Positions 30,693-46,000 of a stretch of 64,000 nucleotides of DNA are shown piece by piece (position 1 is the first letter of the stretch; every line of letters starts with the position of its first letter). The translations under genes and the position numbers were made by a program. The notes below the pieces were generated by a model that saw only the letters and a list, made by a program, of their open reading frames with translations, ran no database searches and was not told the DNA's origin. The stretch comes from the human T2T-CHM13v2.0 reference genome, Homo sapiens. The DNA lies in the NCBI RefSeq assembly GCF_009914755.1, contig NC_060925.1. One strand, 5' to 3'.

Positions 30693-31450
30693 ATGGAATC
30701 GTCATCGAATGAATCGAATGCAATCATCGAATGGTCTCGAATGGAATCATATTCTAATGGTAATGAATGGAATCATCGCATAGAATCGAATGGAATTAAC
30801 ATTGAATGGACTCGAATGGAATCAACATCAAACGGAATCAAGCGGAATTATCGAATGGAATCGAAGAGATTCATCGAATGGACTCGAATGGAATCATCTA
30901 ATGGAATGGAATGGAATAATCCATGGACCCGAATGCAATCATCATCGTATAAAATCGAATGGAATCATCGAATGGACTCGAATGGAATAATCATTGAACG
31001 GAATCGAATGGAATCATCATCAGATGGAAACGAATGGAATCATCATCGAATGGAAATGAACGGAGTCATCATCTAATGGAATTGCATGGAATCATCATAA
31101 AATGGAATCGAATGGAATCAACATCAAATGGAATCAAATGGAATCATTGAACGGAATTGAATGGAGTCGTCATCGAATGAATTGAATGCAATCATCGAAA
31201 GGTCTCGAATGGAATCATCTTCAAATGGAATGGAATGGAATCATCGCATAGAGTCGAATGGAATTATCATCGAATGGAATCGAATGGAATCAACCTCAAA
31301 CGGAAAAAAACTGAATTATCGAATGGAATCGAAGAGAATCATCGAATGGACCCGAATGGAATCATCTAATGGAATGGAATGGAATAATCCATGGACTCGA
31401 ATGCAATCATCATCGAATGGAATCGAATGGAATCATCGAGTGGACTCGAA
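30540..31450 (+). repeat. Divergent A*-type segment without the 147 bp duplication
   Basis: GGAACTGAATGG, ATTAACATTGAATGGACTCG, ACGGAATCAAGCGG and CATCGTATA markers shared with 7702, 11400 and 63476. Confidence 0.85.
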
Positions 31451-34400
31451 TGGAATAATCATTGAACGGAATCGAATGGAATCATCATCGGATGGAAATG
31501 AATGGAATCATCATCGAATGGAATCGAATAGAATTATGGAATGAAATCCAGTGTGATCATCATCGAATGGACCCGAATGGAATCATCATCCAACGGAAGC
31601 TAATGGAATCAACATCGAATGAATCGAATGGAAACACCATCGAATTGAAACGAATGGAATTATCATGAAATTGAAATGGATGGACTCATCATCGAATGGA
31701 TTCGAATGGAATCATCGAATAAAATTGATTGAAATCATCATCCAATGGAATCGAATGGTATCATTGAATGGAATCGAATGGAATCATCATCAGATGGAAA
31801 TGAATGGAATCGTCATAGAATGGAATCGAATGGATTCATTGAATGGAATCAGATGGAATCATCGAATGGACTGGAATGGAATCATTGAATGGACTCGAAA
31901 GGGATCATGATTGAATGGAATTGAATGGAATCATCGAATGGTCTCGATTGGAATCATTATCTAATGGAATCGAATGGAATCACCGAATAGAATCGAATGG
32001 AACAATCATCGAATGGACTCAAATGGAATTATCCTCAAATGGAATCGAATGGCATTATCGAATGCAATCGAATGGAATTATCGAATGCAATCGAATAGTA
32101 TCATCGAATGGACTCGAATGGAATCATCGAATGGAATGGAATGGAACAGTCAATGAACTCGAATGGAATCATCATTGAATGGAATCGAATGGAATCATCA
32201 AGTGGAATCGAATGGAATTATGATCAAATGGAATCGAATGTAATCATCATCAAATGGAATCAAAAATAACCATCATCAATTGGTATTGAATGGAATTGTC
32301 ATCAAATGGAATTCAAAGGAATCATCATCAAATGGAACCGAATGGAATCCTCATTGAATGGAAATGAAAGGGGTCATCATCTAATGGAATCGCATGGAAT
32401 CATCATCAAATGGAATCGAATGGAATCATCATCAAATGGAATCTAATGGAATCATTGAACAGAATTGAATGGAATCGTCATCGAATGAATTGAATGCAAT
32501 CATCGAATGGTCTCGAATGGAATCATCTTCTAATGGAAAGGAATGGAATCATCGCATAGAATCGAATGGAATTATCATCGAATGGAATCGAATGGTATCA
32601 ACACCAAACGGAAAAAAACGGAATTATCGAATGGAATCGAAGAGAATCTTCGAACGGACCCGAATGGAATCATCTAATGGAATGGAATGGAATAATCCAT
32701 GGACTCGAATGCAATCATCATCGAATGGAATCGAATGGAATCATCGAATGGACTTGAATGGAATAATCATTGAACGGAATCGAATGGAATCATCATCGGA
32801 TGGAAACGAATGGAATCATCATCGAATGGAAATGAAAGGAGTCATCATCTAATGGAATTGCATGGAATCATCATAAAATGGAATCGAATGGAATCAACAT
32901 CAAATGGAATCAAATGGAATCATTGAACGGAATTGAATGGAATCGTCATCGAATGAATTGACTGCAATCATCGAATGTTCTCGAATGGAATCATCTTCAA
33001 ATGGAATGGAATGGAATCATCGCATAGAATCGAATGGAATTATCATCGAATGGAATCGAATGGAATCAACATCAAACGGAAAAAAACGGAATTATCGTAT
33101 GGAATCGAAGAGAATCATCGAATGGACCCGAATGGAATCATCTAATAGAATGGAATGGAATAATCCATGGACTCGAATGCAATCATCATCGAATGGAATC
33201 GAATGGAATCATCGAATGGACTCGAATGGAATAATCATTGAACGGAATCGAATGGAATCATCATCGGATGGAAATGAATGGAATCATCATCGAATGGAAT
33301 CGAATAGAATTATGGAATGAAATCCAGTGTGATCATCATCGAATGGACCCGAGTGGAATCATCATCCAACGGAGCTAATGGAATCAACATCGAATGAATC
33401 GAATGGAAACACCATCGAATTGAAACGAATGGAATTATCATGAAACTGAAATGGATGGACTCATCATCGAATGGATTCGAATGGAATCATCGAATAAAAT
33501 TGATTGAAATCATCATCAAATGGAATCGAATGGTATCATTGAATGGAATCGAATGGAATCATCATCAGATGGAAATGAATGGAATCGTCATAGAATGGAA
33601 TCGAATGGATTCATTGAATGGAATCAGATGGAATCATCGAATGGACTGGAATGGAATCATTGAATGGACTCGAAAGGGATCATGATTGAATGGAATTGAA
33701 TGGAATCATCGAATGGTCTCGATTGGAATCATTACCAAATGGAATCGAATGGAATCACCGAATAGAATCGAATGGAACAATCATCGAATGGACTCAAATG
33801 GAATTATCCTCAAATGGAATCGAATGGAATTATCGAATGCAATCGAATGGAATTATCGAATGCAATCGAATAGAATCATCGAAAGGATACGAATGGAATC
33901 ATCGAATGGAATGGAATGGAACAGTCAATGAACTCGAATGGAATCATCATTGAATGGAATCGAATGGAATCATCGAGTGGAATCGAATGGAATTATGATC
34001 AAATGGAATCGAATGTAATCATCATCAAATGGAATCAAAAATAACCATCATCAATTGGTATTGAATGGAATTGTCATCAAATGGAATTCAAAGGAATCAT
34101 CATCAAATGGAACCGAATGGAATCCTCATTGAATGGAAATGAAAGGGGTCATCATCTAATGGAATCGCATGGAATCATCATCAAATGGAATCGAATGGAA
34201 TCATCATCAAATGGAATCTAATGGAATCATTGAACAGAATTGAATGGAATCGTCATCGAATGAATTGAATGCAATCATCGAATGGTCTCGAATGGAATCA
34301 TCTTCTAATGGAAAGGAATGGAATCATCGCATAGAATCGAATGGAATTATCATCGAATGGAATCGAATGGTATCAACACCAAACGGAAAAAAATGGAATT

Positions 34401-37400
34401 ATCAAATGGAATCGAAGAGAATCTTCGAACGGACCCGAATGGAATCATCTAATGGAATGGAATGGAATAATCCATGGACTCGAATGCAATCATCATCGAA
34501 TGGAATCGAATGGAGTCATCGAATGGACTCGAATGCAATAATCATTGAACGGAATCGAATGGAATCATCATCGGATGGAAACGAATGGAATCATCATCGA
34601 ATGGAAATGAAAGGAGTCATCATCTAATGGAATTGCATGGAATCATCATAAAATGGAATCGAATGGAATCAACATCAAATGGAATCAAATGGAATCATTG
34701 AACAGAATTGAATGGAATCGTCATCGAATGAATTGACTGCAATCATCGAATGGTCTCGAATGGAATCATCTTCAAATGGAATGGAATGGAATCATCGCAT
34801 AGAATCGAATGGAATTATCATCGAATGGAATCGAATGGAATCAACATCAAACGGAAAAAAACAGAATTATCGTATGGAATCTAAGAGAATCATCGAATGG
34901 ACCCGAATGGAATCATCTAATGGAATGGAATGGAATAATCCATGGACTCGAATGCAATCATCATCGAATGGAATCGAATGGAATCATCGAATGGACTCGA
35001 ATGGAATAATCATTGAACGGAATCGAATGGAATCATCATCGGATGGAAATGAATGGAATCATCATCGAATGGAATCGAATAGAATTATGGAATGAAATCC
35101 AGTGTGATCATCATCGAATGGACCCGAATGGAATCATCATCCAACGGAAGCTAATGGAATCAACATCGAATGAATCGAATGGAAACACCATCGAATTGAA
35201 ACGAATGGAATTATCATGAAATTGAAACGGATGGACACATCATCGAATGGATTCGAATGGAATCATCGAATAAAATTGATTGAAATCATCATCCAATGGA
35301 ATCGAATGGTATCATTGAATGGAATCGAATGGAATCATCATCAGATGGAAATGAATGGAATCGTCATAGAATGGAATCGAATGGATTCATTGAATGGAAT
35401 CAGATGGAATCATCGAATGGACTGGAATGGAATCATTGAATGGACTCGAAAGGGATCATGATTGAATGGAATTGAATGGAATCATCGAATGGTCTCGATT
35501 GGAATCATTATCAAATGGAATCGAATGGAATCACCGAATAGAATCGAATGGAACAATCATCGAATGGACTCAAATGGAATTATCCTCCAATGGAATCGAA
35601 TGGAATTATCGAATGCAATCGAATGGAATTATCGAATGCAATCGAATAGAATCATCGAATGGACTCGAATGGAATCATCGAATGGAATGGAATGGAACAG
35701 TCAATGAACTCGAATGGAATCATCATTGAATGGAATCGAATGGAATCATCGAGTGGAATCGAATGGAATTATGATCAAATGGAATCGAATGTAATCATCA
35801 TCAGATGGAATCAAAAATAACCATCATCAATTGGTATTGAATGGAATTGTCATCAAATGGAATTCAAAGGAATCATCATCAAATGGAACCGAATGGAATC
35901 CTCATTGAATGGAAATGAAAGGGGTCATCATCTAATGGAATCGCATGGAATCATCATCAAATGGAATCGAATGGAATCATCATCAAATGGAATCTAATGG
36001 AATCATTGAACAGAATTGAATGGAATCTTCATCGAATGAATTGAATGCAATCATCGAATGGCCTCGAATGGAATCATCTTCTAATGGAAAGGAATGGAAT
36101 CATCGCATAGAATCGAATGGAATTATCATCGAATGGAATCGAATGGTATCAACACCAAACGGAAAAAAACGGAATTATCGAATGGAATCGAAGAGAATCT
36201 TCGAACGGACCCGAATGGAATCATCTAATGGAATGGAATGGAATAATCCATGGACTCGAATGCAATCATCATCGAATGGAATCGAATGGAATCATCGAAT
36301 GGACTCGAATGGAATAATCATTGAACTGAATCGAATGGAATCATCATCGGATGGAAACGAATGGAATCATCATCGAATGGAAATGAAAGGAGTCATCATC
36401 TAATGGAATTGCATGGAATCATCATAAAATGGAATCGAATGGAATCAACATCAAATGGAATCAAATGGAATCATTCAACGGAATTGAATGGAATCGTCAT
36501 CGAATGAATTGACTGCAATCATCGAATGGTCTCGAATGGAATCATCTTCAAATGGAATGGAATGGAATCATCGCATAGAATCGAATGGAATTATCATCGA
36601 ATGGAATCGAATGGAATCAACATCAAACGGAAAAAAACGGAATTATCGAATGGAATCGAAGAGAATCATCGAATGGACCCGAATGGAATCATCTAATGGA
36701 ATGGAATGGAATAATCCATGGACTCGAATGCAATCATCATCGAATGGAATCGAATGGAATCATCGAATGGACTCGAATGGAATAATCATTGAACGGAATC
36801 GAATGGAATCATCATCGGATGGAAATGAATGGAATCATCATCGAATGGAATCGAATAGAATTATGGAATGAAATCCAGTGTGATCATCATCGAATGGACC
36901 CGAATGGAATCATCATCCAACGGAAGCTAATGGAATCAACATCGAATGAATCGAATGGAAACACCATCGAATTGAAACGAATGGAATTATCATGAAATTG
37001 AAATGGATGGACTCATCATCGAATGGATTCGAATGGAATCATCGAATAAAATTGATTGAAATCATCATCCAATGGAATCGAATGGTATCATTGAATGGAA
37101 TCGAATGGAATCATCATCAGATGGAAATGAATGGAATCGTCATAGAATGGAATCGAATGGATTCATTGAATGGAATCAGATGGAATCATCGAATGGACTG
37201 GAATGGAATCATTGAATGGACTCGAAAGGGATCATTATTGAATGGAATTGAATGGAATCATCGAATGGTCTCGATTGGAATCATTATCAAATGGAATCGA
37301 ATGGAATCACCGAATAGAATCGAATGGAACAATCATCGAATGGACTCAAATGTAATTATCCTCCAATGGAATCGAATGGAATTATCGAATGCAATCGAAT

Positions 37401-40059
37401 GGAATTATCGAATGCAATCGAATAGAATCATCGAATGGACTCGAATGGAATCATCGAATGGAATGGAATGGAACAGTCAATGAACTCGAATGGAATCATC
37501 ATTGAATGGAATCGAATGGAATCATCGAGTGGAATCGAATGGAATTATGATCAAATGGAATCGAATGTAATCATCATCAAATGGAATCAAAAATAACCAT
37601 CATCAATTGGTATTGAATGGAATTGTCATCAAATGGAATTCAAAGGAATCATCATCAAATGGAACCGAATGGAATCCTCATTGAATGGAAATGAAAGGGG
37701 TCATCATCTAATGGAATCGCATGGAATCATCATCAAATGGAATCGAATGGAATCATCATCAAATGGAATCTAATGGAATCATTGAACAGAATTGAATGGA
37801 ATCGTCATCGAATGAATTGAATGCAATCATCGAATGGTCTCGAATGGAATCATCTTCTAATGGAAAGGAATGGAATCATCGCATAGAATCGAATGGAATT
37901 ATCATCGAATGGAATCGAATGGTATCAACACCAAACGGAAAAAAACGGAATTATCGAATGGAATCGAAGAGAATCTTCGAACGGACCCGAATGGAATCAT
38001 CTAATGGAATGGAATGGAATAATCCATGGACTCGAATGCAATCATCATCGAATGGAATGGAATGGAATCATCGAATGGACTCGAATGGAATAATCATTGA
38101 ACGGAATCGAATGGAATCATCATCGGATGGAAACGAATGGAATCATCATCGAATGGAAATGAAAGGAGTCATCATCTAATGGAATTGCATGGAATCATCA
38201 TAAAATGGAATCGAATGGAATCAACATCAAATGGAATCAAATGGAATCATTGAACGGAATTGAATGGAATCGTCATCGAATGAATTGACTGCAATCATCG
38301 AATGGTCTCGAATGGAATCATCTTCAAATGGAATGGAATGGAATCATCGCATAGAATCGAATGGAATTATCATCGAATGGAATCGAATGGAATCAACATC
38401 AAACGGAAAAAAACGGAATTATCGAATGGAATCGAAGAGAATCATCGAATGGACCCGAATGGAATCATCTAATGGAATGGAATGGAATAATCCATGGACT
38501 CGAATGCAATCATCATCGAATGGAATCGAATGGAATCATCGAATGGACTCGAATGGAATAATCATTGAACGGAATCGAATGGAATCATCATCGGATGGAA
38601 ATGAATGGAATCATCATCGAATGGAATCGAATAGAATTATGGAATGAAATCCAGTGTGATCATCATCGAATGGACCCGAATGGAATCATCATCCAACGGA
38701 AGCTAATGGAATCAACATCGAATGAATCGAATGGAAACACCATCGAATTGAAACGAATGGAATTATCATGAAATTGAAATGGATGGACTCATCATCGAAT
38801 GGATTCGAATGGAATCATCGAATAAAATTGATTGAAATCATCATCCAATGGAATCGAATGGTATCATTGAATGGAATCGAATGGAATCATCATCAGATGG
38901 AAATGAATGGAATCGTCATAGAATGGAATCGAATGGATTCATTGAATGGAATCAGATGGAATCATCGAATGGACTGGAATGGAATCATTGAATGGACTCG
39001 AAAGGGATCATTATTGAATGGAATTGAATGGAATCATCGAATGGTCTCGATTGGAATCATTATCAAATGGAATCGAATGGAATCACCGAATAGAATCGAA
39101 TGGAACAATCATCGAATGGACTCAAATGGAATTATCCTCCAATGGAATCGAATGGAATTATCGAATGCAATCGAATGGAATTATCGAATGCAATCGAATA
39201 GAATCATCGAATGGACTCGAATGGAATCATCGAATGGAATGGAATGGAACAGTCAATGAACTCGAATGGAATCATCATTGAATGGAATCGAATGGAATCA
39301 TCGAGTGGAATCGAATGGAATTATGATCAAATGGAATCGAATGTAATCATCATCAAATGGAATCAAAAATAACCATCATCAATTGGTATTGAATGGAATT
39401 GTCATCAAATGGAATTCAAAGGAATCATCATCAAATGGAACCGAATGGAATCCTCATTGAATGGAAATGAAAGGGGTCATCATCTAATGGAATCGCATGG
39501 AATCATCATCAAATGGAATCGAATGGAATCATCATCAAATGGAATCTAATGGAATCATTGAACAGAATTGAATGGAATCGTCATCGAATGAATTGAATGC
39601 AATCATCGAATGGTCTCGAATGGAATCATCTTCTAATGGAAAGGAATGGAATCATCGCATAGAATCGAATGGAATTATCATCGAATGGAATCGAATGGTA
39701 TCAACACCAAACGGAAATAAACGGAATTATCGAATGGAATCGAAGAGAATCTTCGAACGGACCCGAATGGAATCATCTAATGGAATGGAATGGAATAATC
39801 CATGGACTCGAATGCAATCATCATCGAATGGAATGGAATGGAATCATCGAATGGACTCGAATGGAATAATCATTGAACGGAATCGAATGGAATCATCATC
39901 GGATGGAAACGAATGGAATCATCATCGAATGGAAATGAAAGGAGTCATCATCTAATGGAATTGCATGGAATCATCATAAAATGGAATCGAATGGAATCAA
40001 CATCAAATGGAATCATTGAACGGAATTGAATGGAATCGTCATCGAATGAATTGACTGCA

Positions 40060-43000
40060 ATCATCGAATGGTCTCGAATGGAATCATCTTCAAATGGAAT
40101 GGAATGGAATCATCGCATAGAATCGAATGGAATTATCATCGAATGGAATCGAATGGAATCAACATCAAACGGAAAAAAACGGAATTATCGAATGGAATCG
40201 AAGAGAATCATCGAATGGACCCGAATGGAATCATCTAATGGAATGGAATGGAATAATCCATGGACTCGAATGCAATCATCATCGAATGGAATCGAATGGA
40301 ATCATCGAATGGACTCGAATGGAATAATCATTGAACGGAATCGAATGGAATCATCATCGGATGGAAATGAATGGAATCATCATCGAATGGAATCGAATAG
40401 AATTATGGAATGAAATCCAGTGTGATCATCATCGAATGGACCCGAATGGAATCATCATCCAACGGAAGCTAATGGAATCAACATCGAATGAATCGAATGG
40501 AAACACCATCGAATTGAAACGAATGGAATTATCATGAAATTGAAATGGATGGACTCATCATCGAATGGATTCGAATGGAATCATCGAATAAAATTGATTG
40601 AAATCATCATCCAATGGAATCGAATGGTATCATTGAATGGAATCGAATGGAATCATCATCAGATGGAAATGAATGGAATCGTCATAGAATGGAATCGAAT
40701 GGATTCATTGAATGGAATCAGATGGAATCATCGAATGGACTGGAATGGAATCATTGAATGGACTCGAAAGGGATCATTATTGAATGGAATTGAATGGAAT
40801 CATCGAATGGTCTCGATTGGAATCATTATCAAATGGAATCGAATGGAATCACCGAATAGAATCGAATGGAACAATCATCGAATGGACTCAAATGGAATTA
40901 TCCTCCAATGGAATCGAATGGAATTATCGAATGCAATCGAATGGAATTATCGAATGCAATCGAATAGAATCATCGAATGGACTCGAATGGAATCATCGAA
41001 TGGAATGGAATGGAACAGTCAATGAACTCGAATGGAATCATCATTGAATGGAATCGAATGGAATCATCGAGTGGAATCGAATGGAATTATGATCAAATGG
41101 AATCGAATGTAATCATCATCAAATGGAATCAAAAATAACCATCATCAATTGGTATTGAATGGAATTGTCATCAAATGGAATTCAAAGGAATCATCATCAA
41201 ATGGAACCGAATGGAATCCTCATTGAATGGAAATGAAAGGGGTCATCATCTAATGGAATCGCATGGAATCATCATCAAATGGAATCGAATGGAATCATCA
41301 TCAAATGGAATCTAATGGAATCATTGAACAGAATTGAATGGAATCGTCATCGAATGAATTGAATGCAATCATCGAATGGTCTCGAATGGAATCATCTTCT
41401 AATGGAAAGGAATGGAATCATCGCATAGAATCGAATGGAATTATCATCGAATGGAATCGAATGGTATCAACACCAAACGGAAATAAACGGAATTATCGAA
41501 TGGAATCGAAGAGAATCTTCGAACGGACCCGAATGGAATCATCTAATGGAATGGAATGGAATAATCCATGGACTCGAATGCAATCATCATCGAATGGAAT
41601 GGAATGGAATCATCGAATGGAATCGAATGGAATAATCATTGAACGGAATCGAATGGAATCATCATCGGATGGAAACGAATGGAATCATCATCGAATGGAA
41701 ATGAAAGGAGTCATCATCTAATGGAATTGCATGGAATCATCATAAAATGGAATCGAATGGAATCAACATCAAATGGAATCATTGAACGGAATTGAATGGA
41801 ATCGTCATCGAATGAATTGACTGCAATCATCGAATGGTCTCGAATGGAATCATCTTCAAATGGAATGGAATGGAATCATCGCATAGAATCGAATGGAATT
41901 ATCATCGAATGGAATCGAATGGAATCAACATCAAACGGAAAAAAACGGAATTATCGAATGGAATCGAAGAGAATCATCGAATGGACCCGAATGGAATCAT
42001 CTAATGGAATGGAATGGAATAATCCATGGACTCGAATGCAATCATCATCGAATGGAATCGAATGGAATCATCGAATGGACTCGAATGGAATAATCATTGA
42101 ACGGAATCGAATGGAATCATCATCGGATGGAAATGAATGGAATCATCATCGAATGGAATCGAATAGAATTATGGAATGAAATCCAGTGTGATCATCATCG
42201 AATGGACCCGAATGGAATCATCATCTAACGGAAGCTAATGGAATCAACATCGAATGAATCGAATGGAAACACCATCGAATTGAAACGAATGGAATTATCA
42301 TGAAATTGAAATGGATGGACTCATCATCGAATGGATTCGAATGGAATCATCGAATAAAATTGATTGAAATCATCATCGAATGGAATCGAATGGTATCATT
42401 GAATGGAATCGAATGGAATCATCATCAGATGGAAATGAATGGAATCGTCATAAAATGGAATCGAATGGATTCATTGAATGGAATCAGATGGAATCATCGA
42501 ATGGACTGGAATGGAATCATTGAATGGACTCGAAAGGGATCATTATTGAATGGAATTGAATGGAATCATCGAATGGTCTCGATTGGAATCATTATCAAAT
42601 GGAATCGAATGGAATCACCGAACAGAATCGAATGGAACAATCATCGAATGGACTCAAATGGAATTATCCTCCAATGGAATCGAATGGAATTATCGAATGC
42701 AATCGAATGGAATTATCGAATGCAATCGAATAGAATCATCGAATGGACTCGAATGGAATCATCGAATGGAATGGAATGGAACAGTCAATGAACTCGAATG
42801 GAATCATCATTGAATGGAATCGAATGGAATCATCGAGTGGAATCGAATGGAATTATGATCAAATGGAATCGAATGGAATCATCATCAAATGGAATCAAAA
42901 ATAACCATCATCAATTGGTATTGAATGGAATTGTCATCAAATGGAATTCAAAGGAATCATCATCAAATGGAACCGAATGGAATCCTCATTGAATGGAAAT

Positions 43001-46000
43001 GAAAGGGGTCATCATCTAATGGAATCGCATGGAATCATCATCAAATGGAATCGAATGGAATCATCATCAAATGGAATCTAATGGAATCATTGAACAGAAT
43101 TGAATGGAATCGTCATCGAATGAATTGAATGCAATCATCGAATGGTCTCGAATGGAATCATCTTCTAATGGAAAGGAATGGAATCATCGCATAGAATCGA
43201 ATGGAATTATCATCGAATGGAATCGAATGGTATCAACACCAAACGGAAAAAAACGGAATTATCGAATGGAATCGAAGAGAATCTTCGAACGGACCCGAAT
43301 GGAATCATCTAATGGAATGGAATGGAATAATCCATGGACTCGAATGCAATCATCATCGAATGGAATCGAATGGAATCATCGAATGGACTCGAATGGAATA
43401 ATCATTGAACGGAATCGAATGGAATCATCATCGGATGGAAACGAATGGAATCATCATCGAATGGAAATGAAAGGAGTCATCATCTAATGGAATTGCATGG
43501 AATCATCATAAAATGGAATCGAATGGAATCAACATCAAATGGAATCAAATGGAATCATTGAACGGAATTGAATGGAATCGTCATCGAATGAATTGACTGC
43601 AATCATCGAATGGTCTCGAATGGAATCATCTTCAAATGGAATGGAATGGAATCATCGCATAGAATCGAATGGAATTATCATCGAATGGAATCGAATGGAA
43701 TCAACATCAAACGGAAAAAAACAGAATTATCGTATGGAATCGAAGAGAATCATCGAATGGACCCGAATGGAATCATCTAATGGAATGGAATGGAATAATC
43801 CATGGACTCGAATGCAATCATCATCGAATGGAATCGAATGGAATCATCGAATGGACTCGAATGGAATAATCATTGAACGGAATCGAATGGAATCATCATC
43901 GGATGGAAATGAATGGAATCATCATCGAATGGAATCGAATAGAATTATGGAATGAAATCCAGTGTGATCATCATCGAATGGACCTGAATGGAATCATCAT
44001 CCAACGGAAGCTAATGGAATCAACATCGAATGAATCGAATGGAAACACCATCGAATTGAAACGAATGGAATTATCATGAAATTGAAATGGATGGACTCAT
44101 CATCGAATGGATTCGAATGGAATCATCGAATAAAATTGATTGAAATCATCATCAAATGGAATCGAATGGTATCATTGAATGGAATCGAATGGAATCATCA
44201 TCAGATGGAAATGAATGGAATCGTCATAGAATGGAATCGAATGGATTCATTGAATGGAATCAGATGGAATCATCGAATGGACTGGAATGGAATCATTGAA
44301 TGGACTCGAAAGGGATCATTATTGAATGGAATTGAATGGAATCATCGAATGGTCTCGATTGGAATCATTACCAAATGGAATCGAATGGAATCACCGAATA
44401 GAATCGAATGGAACAATCATCGAATGGACTCAAATGGAATTATCCTCCAATGGAATCGAATGGAATTATCGAATGCAATCGAATGGAATTATCGAATGCA
44501 ATCGAATAGAATCATCGAAAGGACTCGAATGGAATCATCGAATGGAATGGAATGGAACAGTCAATGAACTCGAATGGAATCATCATTGAATGGAATCGAA
44601 TGGAATCATCGAGTGGAATCGAATGGAATTATGATCAAATGGAATCGAATGTAATCATCATCAAATGGAATCAAAAATAACCATCATCAATTGGTATTGA
44701 ATGGAATTGTCATCAAATGGAATTCAAAGGAATCATCATCAAATGGAACCGAATGGAATCCTCATTGAATGGAAATGAAAAGGGTCATCATCTAATGGAA
44801 TCGCATGGAATCATCATCAAATGGAATCGAATGGAATCATCATCAAATGGAATCTAATGGAATCATTGAACAGAATTGAATGGAATCGTCATCGAATGAA
44901 TTGAATGCAATCATCGAATGGTCTCGAATGGAATCATCTTCTAATGGAAAGGAATGGAATCATCGCATAGAATCGAATGGAATTATCATCGAATGGAATC
45001 GAATGGTATCAACACCAAACGGAAAAAAACGGAATTATCGAATGGAATCGAAGAGAATCTTCGAACGGACCCGAATGGAATCATCTAATGGAATGGAATG
45101 GAATAATCCATGAACTCGAATGCAATCATCATCGAATGGAATCGAATGGAATCATCGAATGGACTCGAATGGAATAATCATTGAACGGAATCGAATGGAA
45201 TCATCATCGGATGGAAACGAATGGAATCATCATCGAATGGAAATGAAAGGAGTCATCATCTAATGGAATTGCATGGAATCATCATAAAATGGAATCGAAT
45301 GGAATCAACATCAAATGGAATCAAATGGAATCATTGAACGGAATTGAATGGAATCGTCATCGAATGAATTGACTGCAATCATCCAATGGTCTCGAATGGA
45401 TTCATCTTCAAATGGAATGGAATGGAATCATCGCATAGAATCGAATGGAATTATCATCGAATGGAATCGAATGGAATCAACATCAAACGGAAAAAAACGG
45501 AATTATCGAATGGAATCGAAGAGAATCATCGAATGGACCCGAATGGAATCATCTAATGGAATGGAATGGAATAATCGATGGAATCGAATGCAATCATCAT
45601 CGAATGGAATCGAATGGAATCATCGAATGGACTCGAATGGAATAATCATTGAACGGAATAGAATGGAATCATCATCGGATGGAAATGAATGGAATCATCA
45701 TCGAATGGAATCGAATAGAATTATGGAATGAAATCCAGTGTGATCATCATCGAATGGACCCGAATGGAATCATCATCCAACGGAAGCTAAGGGAATCAAC
45801 ATCGAATGAATCAAATGGAAACACCATCGAATTGAAACGAATGGAATTATCATGAAATTGAAATGGATGGACTCATCATCGAATGGATTCGAATGGAATC
45901 ATCGAATAAAATTGATTGAAATCATCATCGAATGGAATCGAATGGTATCATTGAATGGAATCGAATGGAATCATCATCAGATGGAAATGAATGGAATCGT

